Part shown: one piece after another, positions 46,783-58,122 of the stretch | Position numbering within the stretch: position 1 is the stretch's first letter | How the letters are laid out: every line of letters starts with the position of its first letter | NCBI GenBank assembly: GCA_043228905.1 | Contig: JBHGNT010000008.1 | Coordinates: 2,604,001 to 2,668,000, forward strand | From: Azolla caroliniana | Lineage: Eukaryota; Plantae; Polypodiophyta | DNA length: 64,000 bases | Direction of reading: 5' to 3' | The notes under the pieces: generated by a model | Told to the model about the DNA's origin: nothing | The model's database searches: none | The model's input: the letters and a program-made list of their open reading frames with translations, nothing else | Translations under genes and position numbers: made by a program

Positions 46783-48878
46783 TCTTGGTTCTCACAACCG
46801 AGGGACTCGCGGTTTCGCTCGTGGTTCGGTCGCACCGTCAGGAACTGGACCGAATGACGCCCGTCCTGACTCTTGACCCTCGTGTAAGTCGACCCGTTGT
46901 CCAGCACCTTGGTCTCCATCCGTGCTGCTGTAATGTACGGTTCTCCCAGTATGACCGGGTGCGAGGACGTCTCCTGCACAAAGAAGTGCTGGTCTATCTC
47001 GACGTCGCCGATCTTGACTCACACGTTTGGGCAGGCCCCGTGTAGTTCCTCGGTGGCGCGCATCGCCGCCCGTATCTTCCACCCGTGCTTGGTGTTGATC
47101 GGCCATTTCCCCTTCTTGTAAAAGTCCATGGACATCAGGTTTATTTCCGAACCGTGGTCCACCAGCACCACCACCGGTTCCTGAACATCTCCGATCTTCA
47201 CCGGGGTTTCCGTGGTCGCTCGGGCCCAGTGTGGCCTCGAATAGTGGCTCTCCGCCCACTCGTCTTCCAGCGCCATGTCCTCTATGTGCGTCATCCGCAC
47301 CTCCACCGGCCTTTCCGGTTCTGTCTCCGTCGACAGCCTCTTCCTCTTCACCAAGTCTACGATGGAGTCGTGGAACTCCTTCTTGGCGATTCCGAGCACC
47401 TCCCGCAACGACAGTTCCACCTTGCTGTCGAGGATTCGTTCTTCCAGGACCTTTCGTAGGTCCGTGGTCCTTTTGATCTCTGTGCCCAACCGGTATCCGC
47501 CCTTCTTGTGGTTATTCCGGGCACTGGTCTCACCGGCCTCGTTCTGTTTCGGCCTGAATCGGGTTTCGTATCTCTGTGAGGGTCCGGCCCCTCCGGTTTT
47601 ACCTACCCGTTTGTCTTCAACCAGAGCCTCGTAGTTCTGGCAGGCTGCTTCGACGAAACCCGTCTTTTCTTCGACCGGGTCACTCCACCCGGTTACCTCC
47701 TAGACCCGCTTCTTCGCGCGGTCCGCCGCGTCTTTCCTTAGTCGGGCACCGGCGAGGCCTTCCAGCATCGTCGGCCAGAACCCGGCTTTGCTCTCCTTCC
47801 GGGCCTCGCTGCCTCCGACCCGAATACCGGCTGACGTCGAGTAGTGGACGGTCTCCACATGCCAGGTCGCCGCCTCTTCCATCAGCCCTTTCATTCCTCC
47901 TCGCCCGTCGTTTTGGTTCAGGGCCCTCCGGGTATCGCTGGCGTGCACCCGACCTTCCCACAGGTACACCACCCAGCTTCTCAAAGCCTCCGCAAAGTCC
48001 TCGCAATCCTTCCAAATGTGGCCGACCTCGTCGCACCACATGCACCTATTTCCTGCCGGAGGCCGTCGGTCACGAGCCTGTTCGCCGCCTTCCCTCCCAG
48101 CCTGGGCGATCTGGAGATCCTTTACCGCCCGTGTCAAATCCTCCAAAGTTGTTCCCCCGGACGAGCCTCTGACCACGCCGGTCAAAGCCGAACCGGTTTC
48201 GAGCCACTCTCGGGTCTCTTCCCTTCGCGCCTGTGGTATTGGTTCGAGCTTCCTTGCTGCGATAGGACCCGCCCCGGTCGCCCCTGTATCAGCCCACTCC
48301 CACCGTTTGTCAAAACGGCTGCAGACTCTTTTTACCGCGGCCTAGTCGGCCGTCAGCCCGTGTTCGGTTTCCAGTAAGGAGCCCACTTGCTCCCGATCCC
48401 GTGCATCAACCGATTTGATAAACAGTAGGACACGACTTGTGTCCAGAACGGTCTGATCGAGCGCCGAAAGGCGCGCAAAGCGTTCCTCAAACTCCCAGAG
48501 GAGTACCGACGCATTTCTTCCTTTGTTGGGGGACTCCACCCACTCCATGAAGCCCCGCTTCGAAAGTCGAAGCGCGTCATCCAACCCGTATTTCTCCTCC
48601 CAGGTCCGGCTCTCCGCCCGGACCTCGAGCACCTCCGCATGGATGCCCGGCATCGCCACTCGAGGGAATCCGGCAAGACGCCTCTCTTCCGGAATATCTC
48701 TCATCAACATCTCCGCCCGGTAGGACGCCAAATAACTCGTGGCATCCTTTCCATTGAACAGGCCGATCGTACCGACGATCGCCTCAATAGCCTTGTCAAG
48801 GGCGCCGGTGCCCTCGCGCGTGCTCACTATCCGGTCCATGGCCGAAGCCATGGCCTCTGCAAGATCCGACCCCCTCAT
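46773..48878 (-). pseudogene. gag: G2 Gag-protease with stops
   Basis: Homologous to the G1 Gag-PR; CMWCDEVGHIWKDC; VLVDHGSEIN. Confidence 0.9.
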
Positions 48879-49573
48879 CTTCTGCTCCTCTGCCGCCTTG
48901 TTCACGTGGGGTTCACCAAAGATATCGCGTTACTACGCGCATGCGTGGAGAAACGAGGCGGGACCACCGGGGTCTTGAACCAAAGAGTAGGTGATAGAAG
49001 GGGAAAGAGAAAGAGAGAGACGCTCGGTTACGTATGAGCAAAGAAACACAAGGACACGGCCCTGTCAACGCAGAAGACACGAATGGACACAGAGACAGAG
49101 AGACACGAATGTTTGTATATTAATGAATGACAAATAAACAACAGAGCGCGCGAGCGGTTACAACCGAACAGGCCGGCGAACAGATGTCGATGCCTGCTTG
49201 TCTGCGCACGACAAGGGGATAGGATGGAGGTGCTGCCGGAAGCACACGGGTTTTCCTCGAAGCAGCGCGAGCCTCTCGAAAACCTGCAGAGAAGAGCGAT
49301 GGAGAACGAACAGAGGAGAAGCGTTCCGTTTCGGTCCGACAGCACTTCGTCCCCCTTAATAATGCCCCCTATCTCCCCGCGTCTCCCTCTCTTTTATAGC
49401 TTCAAGAAGGGAGCCGTTTCCCTCATTAACTTCCTACCTACCGAATCTAACTACCTAGGATATACCCTTGTACCTAATTCTCTATTATACACATTAAAGG
49501 GCGCGCACGCGTGAAGAGCCGGTTCACGCGCGCTATGCACTGATTGCGCTAAGGGACGGTTTTCTTCACGACA

Positions 49574-51037
49574 TCGCGCGATTTTCATGTTGTTGTCGAA
49601 AATCTTCACGACATCCACCCCTACCAAACCGCATGTCCTCTGGTACGTGCCAAGAAGAGAGTGTGAGATTTCGGCTATGGTGATCTATCACTGTCCTCCA
49701 TGTCCTCATTGACTTTGCTCATGTTTGCAGGTTCCTCCCTACCATTTTCATCGTTGAGGTCATCGAGGTCATGATCCTCGTCTTGTCGTTTCTTGAAGAT
49801 CTTTACTCTTTTCCCTGCAATGGGTATGGCCAACCTTGATCCGTCTAACTCCGCGAGGTGGTAGGTGGCGTTGTCGTTGGCACTCGTCACCACATACAGT
49901 TAGAACCAATACCCAATCTCCTTCTTTGATCTTCTTGGGACACAGTCGATGTGTCTTGTCGAATCGAATCTTGTTCTTCACTCGTGCAACCTCCATTATC
50001 TTTTGCCTTCTTTTGAGTTTCCTTATCTGCACCGCTAGTAATTCTTCCCAGCTCATCTCATTCTCCCATGGTCTCCTATGGGCCCACTAGGCATAGGGTA
50101 ATAGGTGCGGCTAGTTCCTGACTTGACTGCCGCATGCTTGTACAATGGCTTTGACTATTGGCCCATGCCCTCACTCGATTTTCCCATTGACTTCCGGATT
50201 GTAGGCTGTTGTGAGAGAGAGCTTCACGTCAAGTCGCTGAAGAGCTCCATTGCTTCGTGTGCATCCAGCTCACCTCAATCGCCCTCTATCTTTCCTACAC
50301 ATCGATATTGGCAGATGACCCCTTCGAGTAGAAATTTGCAAACGACTGTCGTCGTCTTATTTGCCAAGGCTAGTCGTTCCACTTGATTTGTCAGGTATTC
50401 CCTTGCCAATACCAAGCACTTCATCTGTCCCACTCCCATTGGCATCGAGACCAGATCCACCATCCATTTGTGAAGTGTATGGTGAGTAGGTATGTTGGCC
50501 GCAACTCATAACGATGGCATATGTTTGAATGTACTTCGCAATACTTGGCAACTTTTGCATGTGGACACGAAATGTAGGACATCTTTATACATGCTTGGCC
50601 ACCAATACTTCTCCTTCAGCTTTTCGAACATCGCCCATGTTCCTCTATGACCTGCCCAAGGACTCTTGTGTAATTAAGACATCAACGTTGCTTGGTTCTC
50701 TCTCTTCGCCACTACTCGACGTGGCATTCTTGTCCTTCTCTTTGGGTGCCACCAAAGGAATCCTCCCTTGAGAAAGTACTAGTTGTCATGATATGGCAAG
50801 ATTCGAACCCATAACCTTATGTTATATGGGTCGAGCTCTTGACCATTACATTATAGGCTTGATATAGGCGATCCACCTTAGCATAGACAAATTTGGTGTT
50901 GCACATCCTGAGATCATCCTAAGGATTGGGAGATGTCTTAATGATAATTTCCGACCTGATCAAGTAGTCCTTGTCTATCTTCACAGCAGACACGATACCC
51001 TAGAGTTCCTGCTTGACTTGGGCGTATCCTCGATGTC
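49574..51037 (-). mobile_element. Old gypsy (G1-related) fragment G3: RH/INT remnants, PPT and first ~40 bp of its 3' LTR, which is the G2 insertion site
   Basis: MVDLVSMPMGVG and ATYHLAELDG remnants; ...cttcacgaca-tccaccc PPT/LTR junction at 49613. Confidence 0.85.
50784..50857 (+). mobile_element. Short LTR-start fragment (TGTCATGA...) carrying an antisense tRNA-like module, embedded in G3
   Basis: Same first 8 nt as the C1 LTR; A/B boxes on the minus strand. Confidence 0.5.
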
Positions 51038-52622
51038 TACTTGGGGATCTACAAAAGGTTACTATAGAGAAGCAGCAACAACAAGAGGAGTTCATGCGAC
51101 GGGTTCAATAGTTAGAGTCGACAATCGTCGTGTTACAACAACAAAGGGTCGAAGGTCAAGGACTTATCAAGGAGCCCAAAATCAGCCTCCCAGCTAAATT
51201 TGATGGTTCGAGGGCGCATTTCCGAGGTTTCTTGAATCAATTATGGTTGGTGATTCAAATGCATCCCATGAGTCGGGTTAGTGGGCACCTTATTGACTAG
51301 CATAACATTGTTGTCGTTTGCTCCATTGCTAGAGACAAATTCTCCTCTACTGAATAATTTTGAGGAATTTATGAAAGAATGTAAGGCTTGTTTCGGAGAT
51401 ACTATTGGGGCGAGAACAACTATCAACAAGATCCGTACTCTACGTCAAGGTGATCAGCTAGCTTCGACATATGCAACCAATTTCCATCTCATCACAAGTG
51501 ATATTCCTTGGGATGAACAAGCCCTAATGGAGCAATTTTATTCAGGCCTTCTAGTGATGTCAAAGACTTACTTCTTACCTTCCTCGAGGATCCAAGGTCA
51601 CTTACAAAAGCTATTAGTCGAGCAATACGGTGTGATAATCATCTTTTTGAGTGTCAATGTGAGCGACAACAATAAATAACAAGATCAAGATTCACACCAA
51701 CTTATGCATCAGTAATGGTGCAATCATCCCCAAGGCAAACATATAGCCCTGGTCCAACTCCATGAAAAACACATAGTCTAGTCCCAATGGATAGTCCTAC
51801 ACCCATTGAGATTGATATCACTCAACGACGAGGACCATTGTCGAACAAAGAGAAGCAACAACGCCGAGCAAACCGTCTATGCTTATATTGCGGAGGTCCA
51901 GGACATATAGCCATTCATTGCTCTCGTAGGCCGAGATGTCAGGTAAATCAAGTTCACTATGACAATAAAAATGAGTCCAACATTTTTGAAGCAATTAGTG
52001 AATCTAATATTATGAATAAATAAGTTTGAAGTCCTAAGCCAATTAGAAGAGGAGTCAAACGAATAAGTCCGGCCAAAATAGGAGCCATTTGGTTGGACAA
52101 CCCTAGATATGTACAACCTAGTGTGGGTTCCATTTCTTCCAAGAATGTTAGTAGAGTCTTCTCAGCCCAAGTACAAGTTAGGATACCAACTTGTCAACTT
52201 CAAGTCCTGGCCCTCTTAGATACTCGAGCCAATTCTTGTTTCATGGATAGAGATTTTGCCCAAAAACACCAAATATCCTTGCATACACTTGTCCAGTTTT
52301 TGTAGTAGTGATTGATGGACGTCCCATAGCTTCGGGCAAGATATTCGAAGAGTCCAAGCCAATACACATACTCTTAGGGGATTTAGGATGTCTAGTTTCC
52401 TTTAACATAATTCGTATTCTTGAGCATCCAATTGTCCTTGGTTTGCCATGGTTCGAGCTACATAACCCTAGAATCGATTGCAGGAAGCGAGAAATTTGGT
52501 GTCCTTCAGTAGAAAATATCATTGCCAAGGATCAAACTCAGGATTATTTTCTTGAAGAATATAGTTCTACCAATGCACCATCTCCTTTTCATCAAATTTC
52601 AGCCATCACATTGCAACAATTG

Positions 52623-55600
52623 TGTGAGGAAACAACTCTTCGATTAACCTTCTTCACTCGGCCACAACCGAGTAATCGCTTATCAATGCAGCAGAAAATA
52701 GGAACAAAAGGGGGAAACACACAAGTACACAGGGGTTAACGTGGAAAACCCTAGATGGGAAAAACCACGGGAGTACAAGACTCCAAACAACACTATACAA
52801 AGAGAAGTATACAATGACGAGCTCTAAGGCGACGACCTTGAGCTCGCTGTCCTCGCCACAGGCGGCGGAAATACACAGAGGCGTCGTTCGTCCTCTTCCT
52901 CTCTCGCGCTCTATCTCTCTCTCTCTCTCACGGCTGCTCCCTCTTCACTCCTCTTGAGTGGAAAAACAGAAAAATGATGAGCAACACAAAAACAGTTTGC
53001 CCTAAGTCATATTTATACTTATATGACTTTGGGCTATTTACAACTGTAGCCTCAGGGGCCCATAGCGAACATATTCACGGATATGTCCCTGCATCCGGAT
53101 CGCTCTCCGGGTACATTCGTCATCCGGCTCCGTAGCCGGGGTCTTCATCATCCGGATCCGTATCCGGGTACTCTTCATCATCCGGATCCGCATCCGGGTA
53201 CTCTTCATCCGGCTTCATGCCGGGTACTCTTCATCATCCGGTTCCGTAACCGCAACCGGGCTTGCCGTCATTCATCTCCGGACATCCCATCCGGAGGGAC
53301 CGTAATCCCAACAAACTCCCCCTTCACTTCGGCATGGGATGTCTCTCCAATCCGATCCTCTTCCGGCATGCTTCCAGCTTGTCGGGTGTGAGCACCTTGG
53401 TCAGCATATCCGACCCGTTCTCGTCAGTGTGGATCTTCGTCAGCACGAACTCCTCGTCTTCTATCCTCTCCCGGATCCAGTGGTATCTCCGCTGGATGTG
53501 TTTCGTCCGGGAATGGTAGGCCGCGTTCTTCGCAAGGTGGATGGCACTCTGACTGTCGCAGTAGAGTCGGTACTCCTCCTGTTGGATACCGAGCTCTCTA
53601 ATGAAGTCCTTCATCCATATTATTTCCTTGCCGGCTTCAACAGCTGCCATGTACTCCGCCTCCGTGGTTGACAACGCAACCGTCTTCTGCAGCCTCAACT
53701 GCCACGAAACGGCTCCCCCTGCATAGGTCATCACATACCCTGATGTGGACCGGCTGGTATCTGCATCAGCCGACATATCCGAATCGGTGAAGCCGTCGAG
53801 TTGGGGCTTACCGGAGCCGAATCGAAGGCACACGTTTGCCGTGCCCTTCAGGTATCGGAGTGTCCACTTGACCGCGTTCCAATGCTCTTTGCCAGGATTG
53901 CTCATGTACCGGCTCACCACTCCGACTGCATATCCTATGTCCGGTCTCGTACACACCATGGCGTACATCAAGCTCCCGACGGCTGAGGCATACGGCACTT
54001 TCATCATATCCTCCTTCTCAGCCTTTGTCTTGGGGCTCTGCTTGCTGGACAACTTGCAGTTTGCCGGGAGGGTTGACCCGACCGGTCTTGCTTCCGACAT
54101 GTTGAACCGGTGAAGCACCTTCGTCACGTACTTCTCCTGTGACAGCCACAACTGCTTCTTCTTCCGGTCCCGGATGATGTGCATCCCTAGTATTTGCCTC
54201 GCCGGACCCAGGTCCTTCATTGAGAAGGTTTGGTGAAGAGCCTTCTTCAGCATCCGTATCTTGACCTGGTCCCGTCCGACGATCAACATGTCGTCCACGT
54301 ACAGGAGGAGTATTAGAAAGTCTCCTCCTTCGAACTTCTTCACAAACACGCAGTGGTCGGACTGCGTTTTGAGGTACCCTTCGTCGGTCATGAAGGAGTC
54401 GAACTTCCGGTACCATTGCCGGGGAGCCTGCTTCAATCCGTAAAGGCTCTTCTTCAACCGGCATACCAGGTGCTCCTTCCCTTTCTTCTCGAATCCTTCC
54501 GGTTGCTGCATGTAGATCTCTTCATCGAGGTCACCGTGAAGGAATGCCGTCTTCACGTCCATCTGTTCTACCTCGAGGTCCATGCTTGCCGCTATGCTCA
54601 GCACCGTCCGGATAGAGGTCATCTTCACTACCGGGGCAAATATCTCGTCGAAGTCGACGCCCTTCTTCTGCTGGAACCCCTTCACCACGATCCTGGCTTT
54701 GTATCTCTGGGGGTTTCCGGCATCTCCCGGTTTCAGCTTGAACACCCACTTGTTTCGAAGTGCCCGCTTTCCTTTCGGCAACTCCACAAGTTCATATGTG
54801 TGGTTCTCATGCAGGGAATCCATCTCCTCCTGCATGGCACTTAACCACCTGCGGCTCTGGGTGTCGTGCTTTGCTTCTTCAAAGCTCTCCGGCTCCCCCT
54901 CGTCGGTTAGCAGCACGTGCTCTGGTTCCGGAAATCTCCGGGGGGCCCTTCTCTCTCTTAGAGGATATCTCCGTTCGGGAGCTTCGGTAACCGGTTCTTC
55001 CGATTCTTCTTCTTCATCCGAATCCATTTCGGGATCGGGGCCGGTTCCGGTATCATTTTCATCTTCTTCGGCCGGTTCTGTTTCTTCACCGTCTTCGGCC
55101 GGGTCTTCGAGTGTTAACCGGTCCCTTGCCGGTCGGGACTGCTCCTCGTAGAGTTTATCCTCACCGGTCGACTTGGAGCTCTTCATCTTCTTCTCTGACT
55201 CCCAGTCGGCGAGCGTCTTGTCCTCCATGAAGATGATATCTCGACTCCTGAATATCTTCTTGTCGACCGGGTCCCATACTCGGTAGCCGAACTCGTCGTC
55301 GCCGTAACCGAGGAATATGCATGGCCGGGTCTTTGGATCTAACTTTCCTCTCCGGTCCTTTGCCACATGCACGTATGTGAGACACCCGAACACCTTCAGA
55401 TGCCGGTAGGACACTTCCTTACCGGTCCACACTTTCTGCGGCGTGTCTCCGTCCAAAGGTACTGAGGGTGATCTATTTATCACATACGTCGCCGTCGACA
55501 TTGCCTCAGCCCAAAATCCCTTGGGTAGTTTCGCATGCGCCAGCATACTCCGGACCCTCTCCATTATGGTCCGGTTCATCCTCTCGGCCAGCCCGTTCAG

Positions 55601-58122
55601 TTCCGGCGTCTTCGGCACAGTAAACTCGAGCCGGATTCCCTTCGAGCGACAGTACTCCTGGAACTGCCCCCGGTATTCCCCTCCGTTATCCGCTCGTATC
55701 GCTTTCAGCTTCTTGCCGGATTCTCTTTCCACTCTCGCGTGGAGTTCTCTGAAGACGGACAACACTTGGTCCTTTGTCTTCAACGGTGCCGTCCACAGCT
55801 TCCGGCTGTGATCATCAATGAATGTCACGAAGTACTGGGCTCCGCCATGTGACTTCGTTTCTACCTGACACACATCAGTGTGCACCAGCTCCAAGGGTGC
55901 GCTACGTCTCGTCGGTGGCCTTGAGTGGAAGGAGGTCCGGTTTTGCTTACCGGCCAGGCAGTCGGTGCACTTCTCCAGGTGCACATGCTTCACTGGAATA
56001 AGGTTGTCTTCTGCAAGCCTCTTCATCCCCTTCTCACTCATGTGGCACAGTCTTTTGTGCCACAGCTCACCGGCAGTGTCGGCTGCCACATTCAGCTCTT
56101 CCGGACATAACCGGGCATTCATCAGGTACAGAGTGTTGACCTTCCGGGCCCGAGCCACTATCAGGCTCCCCTTGCTGAACTTCATTATGCCGTTCCGGAT
56201 GCTACCCGTGTAGCCTTCATCATCTAGCCTCCCGGCCGAGATCAGGTTCAATCGGACCTCCGGAACGTGTCGCACATCCTTCAACAGCATCTTGCATCCG
56301 GTTGATGTCATCAGCCACACGTCTCCTATACCGGCAATTCGGCATGTACCTTCATTTCCCATCCGGACAAAGCCGTGCTCACCGGCTGTGTAGGATGAGA
56401 AGTATTTCTTCTCCGGGGTCAGGTGGAACGACGCTCCGGAATCGACCACCCAGGTCATCTCTACGCCGGCAAGGTTCAGCTCCCTCTCTTCGGTAATGAG
56501 CATTATCTCTTCTTCACTTGCCGCGAGTGCCGTCGTTCCTTTCCGGTCCTGCCCTCGCCGATCCGGACCTCTCCGGTCCGTGGCTCCCCGGTATGCACCG
56601 TTTCTCTCCGGTGACTTCTTCGAATCGGTGTCGTCGGCTCCGTTGTCCTTTCGGTAATGCCGACAATTCTTCCGGAAGTGCCCCGGCTTCCCACAGTGGA
56701 AGCAGATGGGTCTTCCTCTTGACTGCGACCGGGTCCCCGACTTCTCCCGTCTTTGCGGACTCCGGTTCCAGTGTCTTCCCCGTTCCGATTCGGTAAGCAG
56801 CGCCTTCGAGTCGGAGGCCGGTTCTTTATCTCTCCGACGCGCTTCTTCATTTAGAATACTTGTCTTTACCGTTTGTAGGGACAAGTTGTCTTCCGTGCAG
56901 GAGGTGCTGAGAGTCACCACCAAGTTCTCCCAACTGTCCGGCAATGTACACATCAGGATGATGGCTTGCATTGCATCCTCCAACGGGAACTTGATCGCCG
57001 CAAGCTGGTTCACGAATCCCATGAACGTGCTTACGTGTTCCACCATACTCTCGCCGTCCCGGTACTTGAGGTTCACTATCTTTCTCATCAGGGAGGTCCG
57101 GTTCAACGCATTCTTCCTCTCATAGAGGCCCGACAGCTTCTTCCACATCTCATAGGCGTTCGTATCGTTCGCCACATGTTGCAGGACACTTACATCGACA
57201 TATTGCCGGATCGTCGCTACTGCTTTCCGGTTCAGGAGCTTCCACTCCGACTCAAGTACTCCCTTCGGTATTTCCGACCTGTCGATCGGTTCGTACAGGT
57301 CCCGAACAATCAGAAGATCCTCCATCTTGATCTTCCAGTCGGCGTAATTCTGTGCATTCAGCACCATCATACCCGGCTGCCCGCTGCCGCCGCCTTCCAT
57401 TTTCTGCAGCAACCTTGCTCTGATACCAGTTTGTGAGGAAACAACTCTTCGATTAACCTTCTTCACTCGGCCACAACCGAGTAATCGCTTATCAATGCAG
57501 CAGAAAATAGGAACAAAAGGGGGAAACACACAAGTACACAGGGGTTAACGTGGAAAACCCTAGATGGGAAAAACCACGGGAGTACAAGACTCCAAACAAC
57601 ACTATACAAAGAGAAGTATACAATGACGAGCTCTAAGGCGACGACCTTGAGCTCGCTGTCCTCGCCACAGGCGGCGGAAATACACAGAGGCGTCGTTCGT
57701 CCTCTTCCTCTCTCGCGCTCTATCTCTCTCTCTCTCTCACGGCTGCTCCCTCTTCACTCCTCTTGAGTGGAAAAACAGAAAAATGATGAGCAACACAAAA
57801 ACAGTTTGCCCTAAGTCATATTTATACTTATATGACTTTGGGCTATTTACAACTGTAGCCTCAGGGGCCCATAGCGAACATATTCACGGATATGTCCCTG
57901 CATCCGGATCGCTCTCCGGGTACATTCGTCATCCGGCTCCGTAGCCGGGGTCTTCATCATCCGGATCCGTATCCGGGTACTCTTCATCATCCGGATCCGC
58001 ATCCGGGTACTCTTCATCCGGCTTCATGCCGGGTACTCTTCATCATCCGGTTCCGTAACCGCAACCGGGCTTGCCGTCATTCATCTCCGGACATCCCATC
58101 CGGAGGGACCGTAATCCCAACA
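52623..58122 (-). mobile_element. Copia D (Tork/Tnt1-like), intact, very recent
   Basis: 691-bp LTRs 52623-53313 and 57432-58122 with no differences seen; iMet PBS ~57417-57428; PPT next to 53313; TSD AATTG. Confidence 0.97.
53324..57400 (-). CDS. gag-pol: Copia D Gag-Pol polyprotein (1358 aa from ATG 57400)
   Basis: Uninterrupted ORF: CFHCGKPGHFRKNC, WVVDSGAS, HHCC, D-D-E, YVDD and RNaseH D-E-D-D all present. Confidence 0.95.
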   Translation of the reverse strand: MEGGGSGQPGMMVLNAQNYADWKIKMEDLLIVRDLYEPIDRSEIPKGVLESEWKLLNRKAVATIRQYVDVSVLQHVANDTNAYEMWKKLSGLYERKNALNRTSLMRKIVNLKYRDGESMVEHVSTFMGFVNQLAAIKFPLEDAMQAIILMCTLPDSWENLVVTLSTSCTEDNLSLQTVKTSILNEEARRRDKEPASDSKALLTESERGRHWNRSPQRREKSGTRSQSRGRPICFHCGKPGHFRKNCRHYRKDNGADDTDSKKSPERNGAYRGATDRRGPDRRGQDRKGTTALAASEEEIMLITEERELNLAGVEMTWVVDSGASFHLTPEKKYFSSYTAGEHGFVRMGNEGTCRIAGIGDVWLMTSTGCKMLLKDVRHVPEVRLNLISAGRLDDEGYTGSIRNGIMKFSKGSLIVARARKVNTLYLMNARLCPEELNVAADTAGELWHKRLCHMSEKGMKRLAEDNLIPVKHVHLEKCTDCLAGKQNRTSFHSRPPTRRSAPLELVHTDVCQVETKSHGGAQYFVTFIDDHSRKLWTAPLKTKDQVLSVFRELHARVERESGKKLKAIRADNGGEYRGQFQEYCRSKGIRLEFTVPKTPELNGLAERMNRTIMERVRSMLAHAKLPKGFWAEAMSTATYVINRSPSVPLDGDTPQKVWTGKEVSYRHLKVFGCLTYVHVAKDRRGKLDPKTRPCIFLGYGDDEFGYRVWDPVDKKIFRSRDIIFMEDKTLADWESEKKMKSSKSTGEDKLYEEQSRPARDRLTLEDPAEDGEETEPAEEDENDTGTGPDPEMDSDEEEESEEPVTEAPERRYPLRERRAPRRFPEPEHVLLTDEGEPESFEEAKHDTQSRRWLSAMQEEMDSLHENHTYELVELPKGKRALRNKWVFKLKPGDAGNPQRYKARIVVKGFQQKKGVDFDEIFAPVVKMTSIRTVLSIAASMDLEVEQMDVKTAFLHGDLDEEIYMQQPEGFEKKGKEHLVCRLKKSLYGLKQAPRQWYRKFDSFMTDEGYLKTQSDHCVFVKKFEGGDFLILLLYVDDMLIVGRDQVKIRMLKKALHQTFSMKDLGPARQILGMHIIRDRKKKQLWLSQEKYVTKVLHRFNMSEARPVGSTLPANCKLSSKQSPKTKAEKEDMMKVPYASAVGSLMYAMVCTRPDIGYAVGVVSRYMSNPGKEHWNAVKWTLRYLKGTANVCLRFGSGKPQLDGFTDSDMSADADTSRSTSGYVMTYAGGAVSWQLRLQKTVALSTTEAEYMAAVEAGKEIIWMKDFIRELGIQQEEYRLYCDSQSAIHLAKNAAYHSRTKHIQRRYHWIRERIEDEEFVLTKIHTDENGSDMLTKVLTPDKLEACRKRIGLERHPMPK

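Larger units (their letters stand above)
42555..49573 (-). mobile_element. Gypsy G2 (same family as G1), full-length, decayed gag
   Basis: LTRs ~42555-43203 and 48923-49573; Trp PBS 48901-48918; PPT after 43203; probable TSD TCGC. Confidence 0.93.

Noticed and set aside
57401-57529. 43-aa N-terminal extension in the ORF track for copia D
   Set aside because: Runs through the LTR and PBS from a non-ATG codon; the real start is ATG 57400, shared with copia B
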